A DNA stretch of 64,000 nt from Octopus sinensis (GCF_006345805.1 NC_042997.1:81406001-81470000), one strand, 5' to 3'; counted from the stretch's first letter, positions 25,708-37,711 are shown. Notes: generated from the sequence alone by a model not told the origin. Translations and numbers: made by a program.

Positions 25708-27156
25708 TTGGATGTACAAGACATCATAATAATATCAGATCCACAAACAGAAGATACCAAAAATACAGAAAACATTGAAAAGAATGGAACAGAATCAGGC
25801 CCAAAACAGGCTTATACCAAACACACAGAAGACCTAACACAAATCTGCAAAATATGCAATACCAAAATAAATAAGACAGAATCACATCTTCAACAGGGGA
25901 ATACCAGAAGCATGGAAGATCTATTCACAGAAACCTGTAGTAAGTTGAATTCACTTCTTTCAAAAATTGATACAATCTTTGCTTTAACAATAAATACGAT
26001 CCAAACACAAAATTATTCTCTCTAAAAATAATCAAGCAAACACAACTGACAACACAAATCTTTTGGTGGGACCACCCCAATCACAAAGGAAAACAAATGA
26101 CGAAGGAACAAAAACTGACACAAACCAAGAAAAACCTTCAAAACCCCAAGACTGGAACAAACTTCTAAACCAACATAAACATGCTTATTGGAAAAGCATA
26201 CGCTGTAAGAACATAGCCAACATATACCAAAACTGGCGGGACATGAAGAACCCAATACTCCCTAGAAAATTCCTTATCAAAGAAATAAAGGGTGAAACAC
26301 TAGAAGAAACAACAATACGTGCAAACCTAACCCTTTGCTGACTAGAAACAGAAATTTCCCTTCTACAAACATGAAACTCACACCAGGAAGATAAGATTAA
26401 AACAATTGATACCGTCATAATGGCCGAAATAACAGAAAGGAACAATAACCAAAACAAAGAAAAACTACAACAATTATGGAAAGAGGATATCAAACGAGAG
26501 GAGGAAAGATCTGGAATTATGTGGACCAAACAACAGGAGTGGCTTTTAAACTACGAAAAGAACTATGGGGAAAAATCAATTATGAAGACAAAAAAACTAC
26601 CAAAACAGATGAAAAGATACAACAAACCAACATCACGAAAATATTGGACTCCAAGCCATCCCAATAAGCCCTACCAAACACAAACCAAAATCCCACTCCT
26701 TACACTGCCGAACCCCCAATAAACAGACACACAAAATATGAAAGACGACCTTCAACCCAAAACCCCACAAAGACAAGCACACAAGCAGCAAGACGAGCAT
26801 GATACATACAACCAACAACCTATAACACTTGGAGAGAACAAACAGAATATGATCAACCACCAACACATAATACTGGATATCCTAAATGGACACACACATG
26901 GAACAATAAACAAGTGGATAGAAATCAACGCACAACCTACAACAAACATCGAGGAAATCCAAACCATACAAACACCAACCCCATGCAACCCCACAAATTT
27001 ACAAGATGGATAAAAAACAACCCCCACTATCAATACAATACAAACACAAAACAAAACCATCCACCTACCCACAGAAATCTGAACCCCAGTAATAGAAATT
27101 GGCTGAACAAAGATGGGAAGAAAACAACTACCAAAGACAAAACAACACATACAGAC

Positions 27157-27235
<79 letters not shown>

Positions 27236-27366
27236 AAGAAAACCTAAGACCTGAAAATGGAATTTGGAGGTGCAACAGCACAAACCCATTTTTAGGGAAA
27301 GGATACTTTAACCATACTCCAGACCCAATACACCAAAAATTCCAAATGAACACACAAAACACATAG
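25708..27366 (+). pseudogene. Penelope 2 ORF1 (coiled-coil plus low-complexity protein), disrupted
   Basis: DWNKLLNQHKHAYWKSIRC..ANIYQNW..PILPRKFLIKEI..ETEISLL..EDKIKTID..LQQLWKEDIKREEERS..W aligns with ORF1 of Penelope 3 (43230-43640). Contains a (CTA)n expansion at 27157-27233. Confidence 0.7.
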
Positions 27367-27369
27367 ACC

Positions 27370-29595
27370 CCAAAATAATAAACCTATCTAAAAGAGAACT
27401 TAATGAAAATGAAATGAACTTACTACTAAAAGGCCTCAAATTTACACCCACACCCACTCCAAACCTCATAGAACTAAAAACTGATATAGACAACTTCAGC
27501 CACCACCTCCGCCTTATGGAATTCTTTGAAAATAAAGAAACAGAAGATAACTCAATCATAAGAAAAAAATCCCATTTCACCCTTTACAAGGGAAGTGACA
27601 AACACCTTGATGCATACATAGAGACAATATCCAAATTCCCTCTCAACACATACAAATGCAATCAGAATCTCCACAGAGGAGAAAAACAAGCCCTACAAAA
27701 ACTAAAAAATGACAAGTTGATCATTATAAAAGAAGCTGACAAAGGTGGAGCAATAGTTATTATGGATACTGATTACTACAAAGAAAAGATACTGGAGTTG
27801 CTGAACAACCAGACATACTATGAAGAGGAACCAACACCACCGGAGAAAGCAACAATAAAAAAAATTAGAACTTTAGTCAATGAATACCAGGACTCCTTTA
27901 CAGATAAGGAGAAAGACTATGCAACTCAAGAACCAAAGATAGCAACTTTTATGGATTACCTAAAATTCATAAAAGCTCTGAAATACTGAGAGCCATAAAG
28001 GAACAGAGGAACCACCATATAAGAATACAAAGGCCTGGAGATCTCACAATGAGACCAATAGTGGCAGGACCCCAGGCGCCAACACAACAACTAAGCCACT
28101 TCATAAATGTACTTCTCAAACCTTTATGCCCACAGATACCAAGCTACATAAGGGATGACATAGACTTCCTCACACACATTCCAAATACAGTCCCGAAAAA
28201 CACCATACTTGCAAGCTTCGATGTCACAAACCTATACATGAACATACCACACACCCTAGGTCTAGAAGCAATAAAACAATCGGTAGAAAAATACAAGGAA
28301 CTCATAGACGAACGTTTCAAGACAGACTTTATCACCCAAGCCACCCAATTAATACTCAAAGAAAATACATCTTCATTCAACAAGACATACCGACAGATAA
28401 AGGGCATGGCTATGGGTACAAAATTCGCACCTTCATATGCCAACCTGGTGATGGTTTTCCTGGAGAACAAACTATACGATGAAATAGGGAAAGTCTTTGA
28501 ACACAACTTCAGAGAAGACATCAAGAAAAAGGGGAAACGCTACCTCGATGACTGCTTTATCTTTTGGAACATATCAGAAGAAGACCTACGAACATTCCAC
28601 AACATCCTCAACACGCTGCACCTATCTACCAACTTCACAATAGATACCAGCCACAACAAACTTCCCTTCCTAGACATCAACATCAAAATACACAACTCCA
28701 TCATCACAACAGACATCCACTGTAAAAAAACTGACACACACCAATATTTAAATTTCCACTCCTGCCACCCATCCCACATAAAAAGAAACATCCCATATAG
28801 TATGGCAAGATGAATATGTAGCATAGTAACTGATTCACAAACATGACTAATAAGACTAGATGAACTTAAAAACTTCCTACTAGAGCAAAAATACCCCTTT
28901 AAACTAATAGCAAATGGAATCACAAGAGCAATGAAACTAGACATCGCACAACTCAGGACACCCAAAACAAAAAACAAAGAAAACAATATCCCTTTCATAA
29001 ACACACACAACCCTGGAGTTACCAACATGTTCCAAATCATACATTCAAACCTGCCAATAGTCTTGCAAAACCCCAAAATGAAAAACATATTAAACAAATA
29101 TAGCATAAAAAACAGTAGACAACAAGACAAAAACCTAAAGAAACATCTAACAAGAGTGAAATTCTCATCAGAAACTAAAACTGAATTCTTTGAAAAGAGT
29201 GCGGAGATGGTAGATGTGGGATCTGCAACAACCCCACCTACAAATACATAGAGGGAGACAAAGAAATTAAATTTAAAAGTGGGCACATATTTAAAATAAA
29301 TGCAGATATGAACTGCAAGACGCAGAACGTAATATACTGCATAACCTGCTCCACGTGCAAGGAGGATTATATAGGTGAAACTGGAAATTCTTTGTGCCAA
29401 TGAGCCAGGATTCACCGACAGCATGTCCGACAGGAAGAACTGCGCAAGATACCACTGAGTAAACACCTAGATACATGTGGAGAAGGAAAATTTAAGATCT
29501 TTCCCTTCTACAAATGTCCAAAGAATGACACCTCCTTCAGGAGGAATATGGAAAAACATTTCATAACTAAGTTCTCCCCCAAATTGAATTGCTGA
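27370..29595 (+). pseudogene. Penelope 2 RT + GIY-YIG endonuclease, disrupted
   Basis: KIINLS..LLLKGLKFTP, IKEADKGGAIVIMD, RPIVAG, SFDVTNLY, GMAMGTKFAPSYANL, RYLDDCF, LPFLD, YLNFHSCHP, and VIYCITCSTCKEDYIGETG. Confidence 0.92.
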
Positions 29596-29997
29596 AAATA
29601 TCTCTATAATAAGCTGTACCAGATGAAGGACCAAATTTGTTAAGTAAACTGTATTAAACACACACACAGAGTTCTATACATATGTTTTGATTTTTGAAAA
29701 TACAACATTGAACAAAGGATATTCTAATATTTCAATGAAACCATTTCACTTTAATTTGTGGAACCAGTTGCTCCTGTATGATAAAACTTAATATTTATTT
29801 AACTGTCAATCAGTGAGATATTAGACAAATCAATTGAAGATCAGACAACAGACTCAGTAGTTGTCAGTTTGTATTCTGTCATCTGTAACTTCAACACAAG
29901 AAAGTCTCTTTTTCAAGTATGGACCTTATGAAATTTTGCTCATCATACATTGAAGGACAAATCTTTCAAGTTACAATTTAACATAGTGTAGCATTTA

Positions 29998-30081
<84 letters not shown>

Positions 30082-30456
30082 GTATATATATATATATAGT
30101 GGTATAAATATCAACACAATTATTTCTTCTTCCTTTTATTTTTCTTCTTCTTCTTCTTCTTCTTCTTCTTCTTCTTCTTCTTCTTCTTCTCTTCTTCTTC
30201 TTCTTCTCTTCTTCTTCTCCTTTCTTCCCTTCTCCAAACTCACAGACACCCCCCACACACACACCTCCACAAAACAATAATAAAAAAAATTCTTCTCTAA
30301 AACCCCAAAACCATTTGACTATCCCTCATTAAACACACACACATACACACTCTCTCACAATGGAAATATAATTTATGGTCTACCTTCTTATGTCCCTCCC
30401 CACCACTACACACTCAATAACACTATAAAATGGTCAAAACTCTTTACACAGGAACT

Positions 30457-30510
30457 TAGTTCGATTTGAAAACCCCACTAGAATGGGGGAAAACGTTAAT
30501 ACATGATCTA
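30457..30510 (+). ncRNA. type I hammerhead ribozyme (U3-A8 variant) in Penelope 2
   Basis: UUGAAAA core, stem II CCCCA/CUAGAA/UGGGG, GAAA, palindromic stem III AACGUU, cleavage triplet UUA (A17 = 30498). Stem I is short and imperfect. Confidence 0.7.
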
Positions 30511-30598
30511 AGTTATATGATGTATAAAAACATGTAATATACAAATAAATATCTGTAAATATAAAACCATCCGAATTTCTGAGTACCTCATTTCTTCT

Positions 30599-30643
<45 letters not shown>

Positions 30644-30662
30644 ATATATATATATATATATA

Positions 30663-31050
30663 TAGGGGTAAGCATGACTGTGTGGTAAGAAGCTTGCTTC
30701 CAAACCACATGGTTCTGGGTTCAGTTTCACTGCATGGCACCTTGGTCAAGTGTCTTCCATTATAGCCTTGAGCTGACCAAAGCTTTGTAAGTGGATTTGG
30801 TAGAAGGAAACTGAAAGAAGCCCATTGTATCTATCTGTGTGTGTCTTTGTGTCTGTGTTTGTCTCAACTTCATCACTTGACAACTGGTGTTGGTGTGGTT
30901 ATGTCCCTGTAACTTAGAGGTTCAGTGTAGGAGACTGATAGAATAAGTACTAGGCTTTAAAAAAATAAGTCCAGGGGTTGATTTGTTCATCTAAAATGCT
31001 TCAAGGTAGTGCTCTAGCATGGCAACAGTCAAATGACTGAAACAAGTAAA
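30663..31050 (+). mobile_element. tRNA-derived CORE-type SINE (family B)
   Basis: Head GCATGACTGTGTGGTAAG...GGGTTCAGTTTC, CORE-like ACCTTGGTCAAGT, GGAAACTGAAAGAAGCCC, tail AAATGACTGAAACAAGTAAA. Related copies at ~1370-1540, 36335-36700 (-), 38970-39100 and 47500-47830 (-). Confidence 0.8.
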
Positions 31051-31052
31051 CG

Positions 31053-32338
31053 AGATAGTTTTTGTATGTGGCAGATGCTCAGGAGCATTGACCTCCAAAG
31101 ATCTGCAGAAAACAACTTCCGTCACTTTCCAAGGGAAAAAATTAGAAGTAGTTGATAGCTTCCATTATCTAGGTGACCAAGTCAGTAGTGGGGATGGGTG
31201 CGCTGAGAGTGTAACTGCTAGAATAAGAATAGCCTGGGCAAAGTTTAGGGAGCTCTTACCTCTTCTGGTGACTAAAGACCTCTCGCTCAGAGTAAAGGGC
31301 AGACTGTATGATGCATGTGTACGAACTGCCATGCTACATGGCAGTGAAACATGGGCCGTGACTGCTGAGGACATGCGTAAGCTCATGAGGAATGAAGCCA
31401 GTATGCTCCGATGGATGTGTAATGTCAGTGTACTTACTCAACAGAGCGTTAGTTCCCTAAGAGAAATGTTGTACCTAAGAAGCATCAGTTGTTGCGTGCA
31501 AGAGAGACGATTGCGCTGGTATGGTCATGTGGCGAGAATGGATGAAGATAGGTGTGTGAGAAAGTGCCAATCCCTAGCAGTTGAGGGAACCCGTGGAAGA
31601 GGTAGACCCAGGAAAACCTGGGACGAGGTGGTGAAGCACGACCTTCGAACGTTAGGTCTCACCATGGAAATGACTAGAGACCGAGACCTATGGAAGTATG
31701 CTGTGCATGAGAAGACCCGGCAAGACTAGTGAAGCCATAACCCATGGCCCCTACCTGGGACGTAGTCAGTCCACCTGTGCATACCTTCCTGCTTGTGATA
31801 CTTATGAAGACCTGTTGAGGCAAGTGAAAGTCAAATCGAATCAAATCAAAATAGATGAACATCAATGGAATTTGTATCCTTGTGGTACCAGTGTCGGTGG
31901 CACATAAGAAAACCATCCGAACGGGACCGTAGCCAGTACCGCATTGACCGGCCTCCGTGCTGTGGGCATGTAACAAACACCATCCGATCGTAGCCGTTTG
32001 CCAGCCTCGTCTGGCACATAAGAAAACACCGAAAACACCATCCGAGCATGGCCGTCTGCCAGCCTCGTCTGGCACCTGTGTGTCGGTGGCACATAAAAAA
32101 CACCATCCGAGCGTGGCCGTCTGCCAGCCTCGTCTGGCACCTGTGTCGGTGGCACATAAAATCACCCACTACACTCTCGGAGTGGTTGGCGTTAGGAAGG
32201 GCATCCAGCTGTAGAAACACTGCCAGATCTGACTGGCCTGGTGCAGCCTTCGGGCTTGCCAGACCCCAGTTGAACCGTCCAACCCATGCTAGCATGGAAA
32301 GCGGACATTAAACGATGATGATGATAATGATGATGATG

Positions 32339-32340
<2 letters not shown>
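31053..32340 (+). mobile_element. 5'-truncated RTE LINE
   Basis: ORF 31088-31729 (LEVVDSFHYLGD...MLHGSETWA...LRWYGHV...GRGRPRKTW); 3' UTR with tandem GGCACATAA...CCATCCGA repeats; (GAT)n tail followed by (TA)n. Confidence 0.92.
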
Positions 32341-32373
<33 letters not shown>

Positions 32374-32378
<5 letters not shown>

Positions 32379-35300
32379 CTGCGATGCAAATGACCTAGTT
32401 CTGCGATGCAAATAACCTAGTTCTGCGATGCAAATGACCTTATGATTTGCAATACCAACTTCAGGAAACCCACCTCTCACCTAGTCACCTACCATTCTGG
32501 CAGACACACTAGCCAGATCGACTACGTCCTCGCCAGAAAGAGGGAAAGAGGGCTACTTATATATGCCAAAACCTTTCCAGGCAAGGAATGTACTCCTCAA
32601 CATAGATTAGTAGTTAGCAACTTCTGGATCAGGGCCAAATGGCTGCCCAGAAGAAGACCAGCTCAGAGGAGAAGGGTCTGGAAACTTAAAGATCCTGTAA
32701 ATGGACAGAGATTTAGAGAAGTCCTACTCGAAGCTTTCGACGAAATAGAAGGGGATATGACATCACATAATGTGGAAACCAACTGGAGGTTACTACGGGA
32801 CAATCTGCTGAGTGCCACTGACCAGATCTGTGGATGGAGCAAAGTCCCATCTCGTCCCAGGGTAATGCGGTGGTGGAACAATGTTGTAGACAGGGCTATT
32901 AGAGACAAGAGACAGGCTTGGAAGGACTGGAGGAAGGGCGGTAGTAGTGAATTGCATCAGACTGCGAAAAGAGAAGCTAGGAGACAGGTATATTTAGCCA
33001 GAGGGGCAGCAGATATGAAAAAAATTTGCCAATGTTCTGCGCCGTGAGGACCAAAGACTGGAGTTGTTTCATGTTACAAGACAGTGTGTGAGAGAGAATC
33101 GTGATGTGGTAGGAGAGAAAAATGTGTTCACATGGATGATGGTTCACTTGCGCTAAATGAGGATGCAAAGAGAGAGGTTTGGAGATGCCACTATGAAAGG
33201 TTGCTCAACAAAGAGAATGAATGGGGTAAAGAGAGTCTGCTGAATGTCGACCCAATAGAGGGACCAGCTATCTGAGTTGACAGTTCCATGGTAGTTAAGG
33301 CAATTAGAAGCATGAAGACAGGGAAAGCCCCAGGCCCATCAGGAATTACTGCTGAGATGCTCAAAATATCTGGCAGTGTCGGCTATAGCCTAGTCACCCG
33401 TATAGTTAACCAGGTGATACACGAAGGAGTCATACCCAATAACTGGTGTAGTAGCATAATAGTCAACTGCTACAAAGGTAAAGGTGACGCCCTAGATACA
33501 AATAATTACAGAGGTATCAAGCTGTTGGATCAGGTAATGAAGGTTACGGAAAGGGTCATAGCCCAACTGATTAGAGAGAGAGTCAACCTGGATGAGATGC
33601 AGTTTGGTTTTGTGCCAGGGAAAAGCACCACCGATGCCAAATTTCTGGTGAGACAGCTGCAGGAGAAATACCTAGCCACAGATAAAACGCTGTACCTGGC
33701 TTTCGTTGACTTGGAGAAAGCCTTTGACAGGGTCCCCTGTTCCCTTACCTGGTGGTCAATGAGGAAACTAGGGATAGATGAATGGTTAGTGAGAGCTGTG
33801 CGTGCCATGTACAGGGACGCTGTTAGTAAGGTGAGGGTTGGCAACGAGTACAGTGAAGAATTCCGGTTGGGGTCCACCAAAGCTCAATCCTCAGCCCCCT
33901 CCTATTTATCATAGTCCTCCAGGCAATAACGGAGGAATTCAAGACAGGATGCCCCTGGGAGCTCCTCTATGCTGATGACCTTGCTCTAATTGCTGAATCA
34001 CTATCAGAACTCGAGGAGAAGTTTCAGGTGTGGAAGCAAGGATTAGAATCGAAGGGCCTCAGAGTCAATCTAGCTAAAACTAAAGTCCTAATAAGTAGGA
34101 AGGTAGACAAATCTCATACGCCTTCAGGCAGATGGCCCTGCTCGATCTGTAGAAAAGGCGTAGGTAGGAACTCTTTAAGATGCAACAAGTGTAAGCTATG
34201 GACACATAAGAGGTGCAGCAATGTCAAAGGAAGGCTAACTAGGAATATAGTTTTTGTATGTGCCAGATGCTCTGGTGCAATAAACACTGAAAATGCGCAG
34301 AGACCATCTTCCGCCACATTCCAGGGAGAAAAACTTGAAATAGTTGATAGTTTCCGTTACCTAGGTGATCAAGTCAGTAGTGGGGGTGGGTGTGCCGAAA
34401 GTGTAACTGCTAGAGTAAGAATAGCCTGGGCAAAGTTCAGAGAGCTCTTACCTCTGCTGGTGACAAAAGGCCTCTCACTCAGAGTAAAAGGCAGACTGTA
34501 TGACGCATGTGTATGAACAGCCATGCTATATGGCAGTGAAACATGGGCCGTGACTGCTGAGGATATGCGTAAGCTCACAAGAAATGAAGCCAGTATGCTC
34601 CGATGGATGTGTAATGTCAGTGTTCATACCCGACAGAGTGTAAGTGCCTTGAGAGAAAAGTTGGACCTAAGAAGCATCAGTTGTGGTGTGCAAGAGAGAT
34701 GTCTATGCTGGTACGGACATGTGGTAAGAATGGATGAAGATAGTTGTGTGAAAAAGTCCCACACCCTAGCGGTTGAGGGAACCTGTGGAAGAGGTAGACC
34801 CAGGAAAACCTGGGACGAGGTGGTGAAACATGACTTTCGCTCTTTAGGTCTCACTGAGGAAATGACCAGAGACTGAGACCTTTGGAAGTATGCTGTGCAT
34901 GTGAAGACCCGGCAGGACAAGTGAGGCCATAACCCGTGGCACCTACCTGGGACGTAGTCAGTCCACCTGTGCATACCTTCCTTCTTGGGACACATAACTC
35001 TACTTGTGAAGACCTGTTGAGGCAAGTGAAAATCAAAATCAAAATCAAAGAATCAAATCAAATCGAAATTGATCCACATCAATGGAATTTGTTGTTTGTG
35101 GTACCCGTGCCAATGGCACATAAGAGAACCATCCGAACGTGGCCGTAGCCAGCACTGCATCGACTGGCCTCCATGCTGGTGGCACGTAACAAACACCATC
35201 CGATCGTGGCCGTGCCAGCCCTGCCTGGCCTCCGTGCTGGTGGCACGTAAAAAACACCATCTGAGCGTGGCCATTCGCCAGCCTCGTCTGGCACCTGTGT

Positions 35301-35489
35301 CGGTGGCACATAAAAAGCACCCACTACACTCACGGAGTGGTTGGCGTTAGGAAGGGCATCCAGCTGTAGAAACACCGCCAGATCTGACTGGCCTGGTACA
35401 GCCTTCAGGCTTGCCAGACCCCAGTTGAACCGTCCAACCCATGGTAGCATGGAGAGCGGACGTTAACCGATGATGATGATGATGATGAT
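32374..35489 (+). mobile_element. long RTE LINE copy (end of AP endonuclease, RT, PHD-like finger, 3' UTR)
   Basis: SQIDYVL and QHRLVV (EN), KAPGPSG, NYRGIKLL, QFGF, FVDLEKAFDRV, LLYADD, a C4HC3 finger, then a (GAT)n tail. A few frameshifts and stops; embedded in (TA)n on both sides. Confidence 0.95.
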
Positions 35490-35501
35490 ATATATATATA
35501 T

Positions 35502-35534
<33 letters not shown>

Positions 35535-35536
<2 letters not shown>

Positions 35537-35576
35537 CATCATCATCATCATCGGTTAACGTCCGCTTTCCATGCTA
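35535..35576 (-). mobile_element. 42-bp inverted RTE 3'-end copy
   Basis: Reverse complement of the RTE 3' end at 35445-35489 with 1 mismatch and a slightly shorter (GAT)n tail. Confidence 0.85.
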
Positions 35577-35595
35577 TATATATATATAATATATA

Positions 35596-35628
<33 letters not shown>

Positions 35629-36334
35629 CATATATTCGTTATACATACACACCTCGATATTAGAGAAATAGACGATTATTTATATATGTTATAATTTAGA
35701 ACAAACAGTTAAAGGTTGTCATTGTAGTACTCAGAGTCTCGAATGTTGGAGCAAAGAGCTACAATACATTCTTGTCGGCTATTAATGGTAACAGACGCTA
35801 TGAGAAAAAAAAAAAGTAACTCTAATAGATGGCAAAAGAAAAAAGAAAATAATCTATGCAACCATATTCGCACAATACACGGACATAAACCTCTTACGTT
35901 CACAACATCTACATAAACACACACAAACATGTATACGTACATGTACACACACACACACACAAACATATGCATGTACTCATACATACACACATATCCACAC
36001 ACATGCATGCATGTATATGTGTATGTATGTATGCAACCTCATCCTTATATACACATAGTTGCTTTCATGCATACATGTAACATAATACATATATATTTAG
36101 ATACTTATATGTATAAACATATATATATACAGACATACATTTGCACTCCTGCATACACACACACTTACACACACATATAATTTCTGTTGATTCACCAAGG
36201 CTCATAATATCCTCAACACTGAGTTTTACATTTCCAGTCAATCAGCTGGTAATTTGAATGATTGGAAACCATTCTCTTGAATGTACTGTTGTTTGAATTT
36301 AAGTCAAAATATTGTCTTTTTTTGTTTTATCTTT

Positions 36335-36700
36335 CACTCGTTTTAGTCATTTGACTGCAGCCATGTTAGGTCACCACCCAGAAGACTTTGAGTCGCACAA
36401 ATCAACCCCAGTTCTTATGTTTTATAAAAGCCTGATACTTATTCTATCTGTATCTTTCACTAAACTGCTAGTTATGGGGAAGTAAACACCCCAACACTGG
36501 TTGTCATGTGGTAGGGGTGGGGGGTTTACAAACAAACACACTATGGGCTTCTTTCAGTTTCCATCAACCAAATGCACTCACAAGACTTTGATCAGCCTGG
36601 GAACTGTTGTAAAAGACACTTCCCCTCGGTGCCATGCAATGGAACGGAACCTGGATCATGTTGTTGGGAAGCAAATTTATTACCACACAGCCACACCTCC
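36335..36700 (-). mobile_element. SINE family B copy
   Basis: Reverse complement of the 30663-31050 family (GGGCTTCTTTCAGTTTCC...TTACCACACAGCCAC). Confidence 0.75.
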
Positions 36701-36816
36701 AACTAGAAAACATATGTGATGTGTGACTTGGGGAAGTGCCTTCTACTACAGACCTGGGTCAACCAAAGCCTTGCAAATGGACGTTGTAGACAGAACCTAA
36801 ACAAAGCTAGTCAAAT

Positions 36817-36954
36817 ATGTGTGTGTGTGTGTGTGTGTGTGTGTTTGTGTGTGCATGCATTGTGCACTAGTGTGTTTGTGTATTTCTGCCTACCTTTCTC
36901 TCTTTCCTAGACTCCCTTCCTTTCTTTGTATGTGTGTGTATGTGTGTGTGTGTG

Positions 36955-36990
<36 letters not shown>

Positions 36991-37371
36991 ATACAAGCCT
37001 TTGCTATCTTTCTGTTTATTTCACACTGCCTTTTTCTGTCTTTCTCTCTTATCTACTTCCCTTCCTTTATGTGTGTGTATGTGTGCATTTTGTGTATGTG
37101 TGTGTGTGTGAGACAGAGAGAGGAGGGGGAGAGTTAATTATTGAACATCTCGCAAATTATTCTATTAAACTTTATTGTGACAGAAATGCTTTTCGTTATT
37201 TGCTTAATTGCTCTAAGAAACATCAGCAAATGTTCCGAGCTCATCTAAAATTAGTTAATGAAAACATTCCTGTGACGGCTAGTTATTTTTATTTATTTTT
37301 TCTGTTTTGTAGTTGCCATTGTTACCATCTTAGCATCATTATTGTTGATACCCACCTTAACAACCATCACC

Positions 37372-37403
<32 letters not shown>

Positions 37404-37680
37404 GATCCTCACTCTTGTTAATATCCTACTCCTTTCCTCCCTTCCTCCCTACCCACTCCATATTCCTCTTTGCAATTATCATTTTTGTTATACACTTCAC
37501 TAACACACATGACTGCCACCCTCACATGAATACCACCCCTAACCCCTACCCACCATCACTATCACGATTTTCATCATCATCATCATCATCATTACTAACA
37601 TTCGGTGTCACCACCCCCATGTACCTCTTATTTTACCGCCATCAGTCTTCATTAACATTATCACCATTATAACATCATCC

Positions 37681-37711
<31 letters not shown>

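Larger units (their letters stand above)
25569..30600 (+). mobile_element. Penelope-like retroelement 2 (Neptune-type), full length with direct pseudo-LTR
   Basis: 94-bp direct terminal repeat (25569-25662 = 30507-30600, 1 mismatch), upstream ORF1, RT, Cys linker and GIY-YIG, and a hammerhead just before the 3' repeat. 3' flank is (TA)n. Confidence 0.92.

Noticed and set aside
27157-27233. Poly-Leu / poly-Ser protein segment
   Set aside because: A (CTA)n microsatellite expansion inside a decayed element.
28800-29410. In-frame TGA codons in Penelope 2 as selenocysteine (as reported for Naiad elements)
   Set aside because: They fall at expected Arg positions (AR*IC, T*L, Q*AR), consistent with CGA>TGA CpG decay, and the copy also has frameshifts.
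28540-29466. 308-aa minus-strand ORF
   Set aside because: Antisense to the A/C-rich Penelope RT-EN; compositional artefact with no motifs.
31880-32160. Repeat-spacer-like arrays here and at 1750-1910 and 35110-35320 resembling CRISPR
   Set aside because: Degenerate tandem repeats in the RTE 3' UTR with no unique spacers, no cas genes, and a eukaryotic context.
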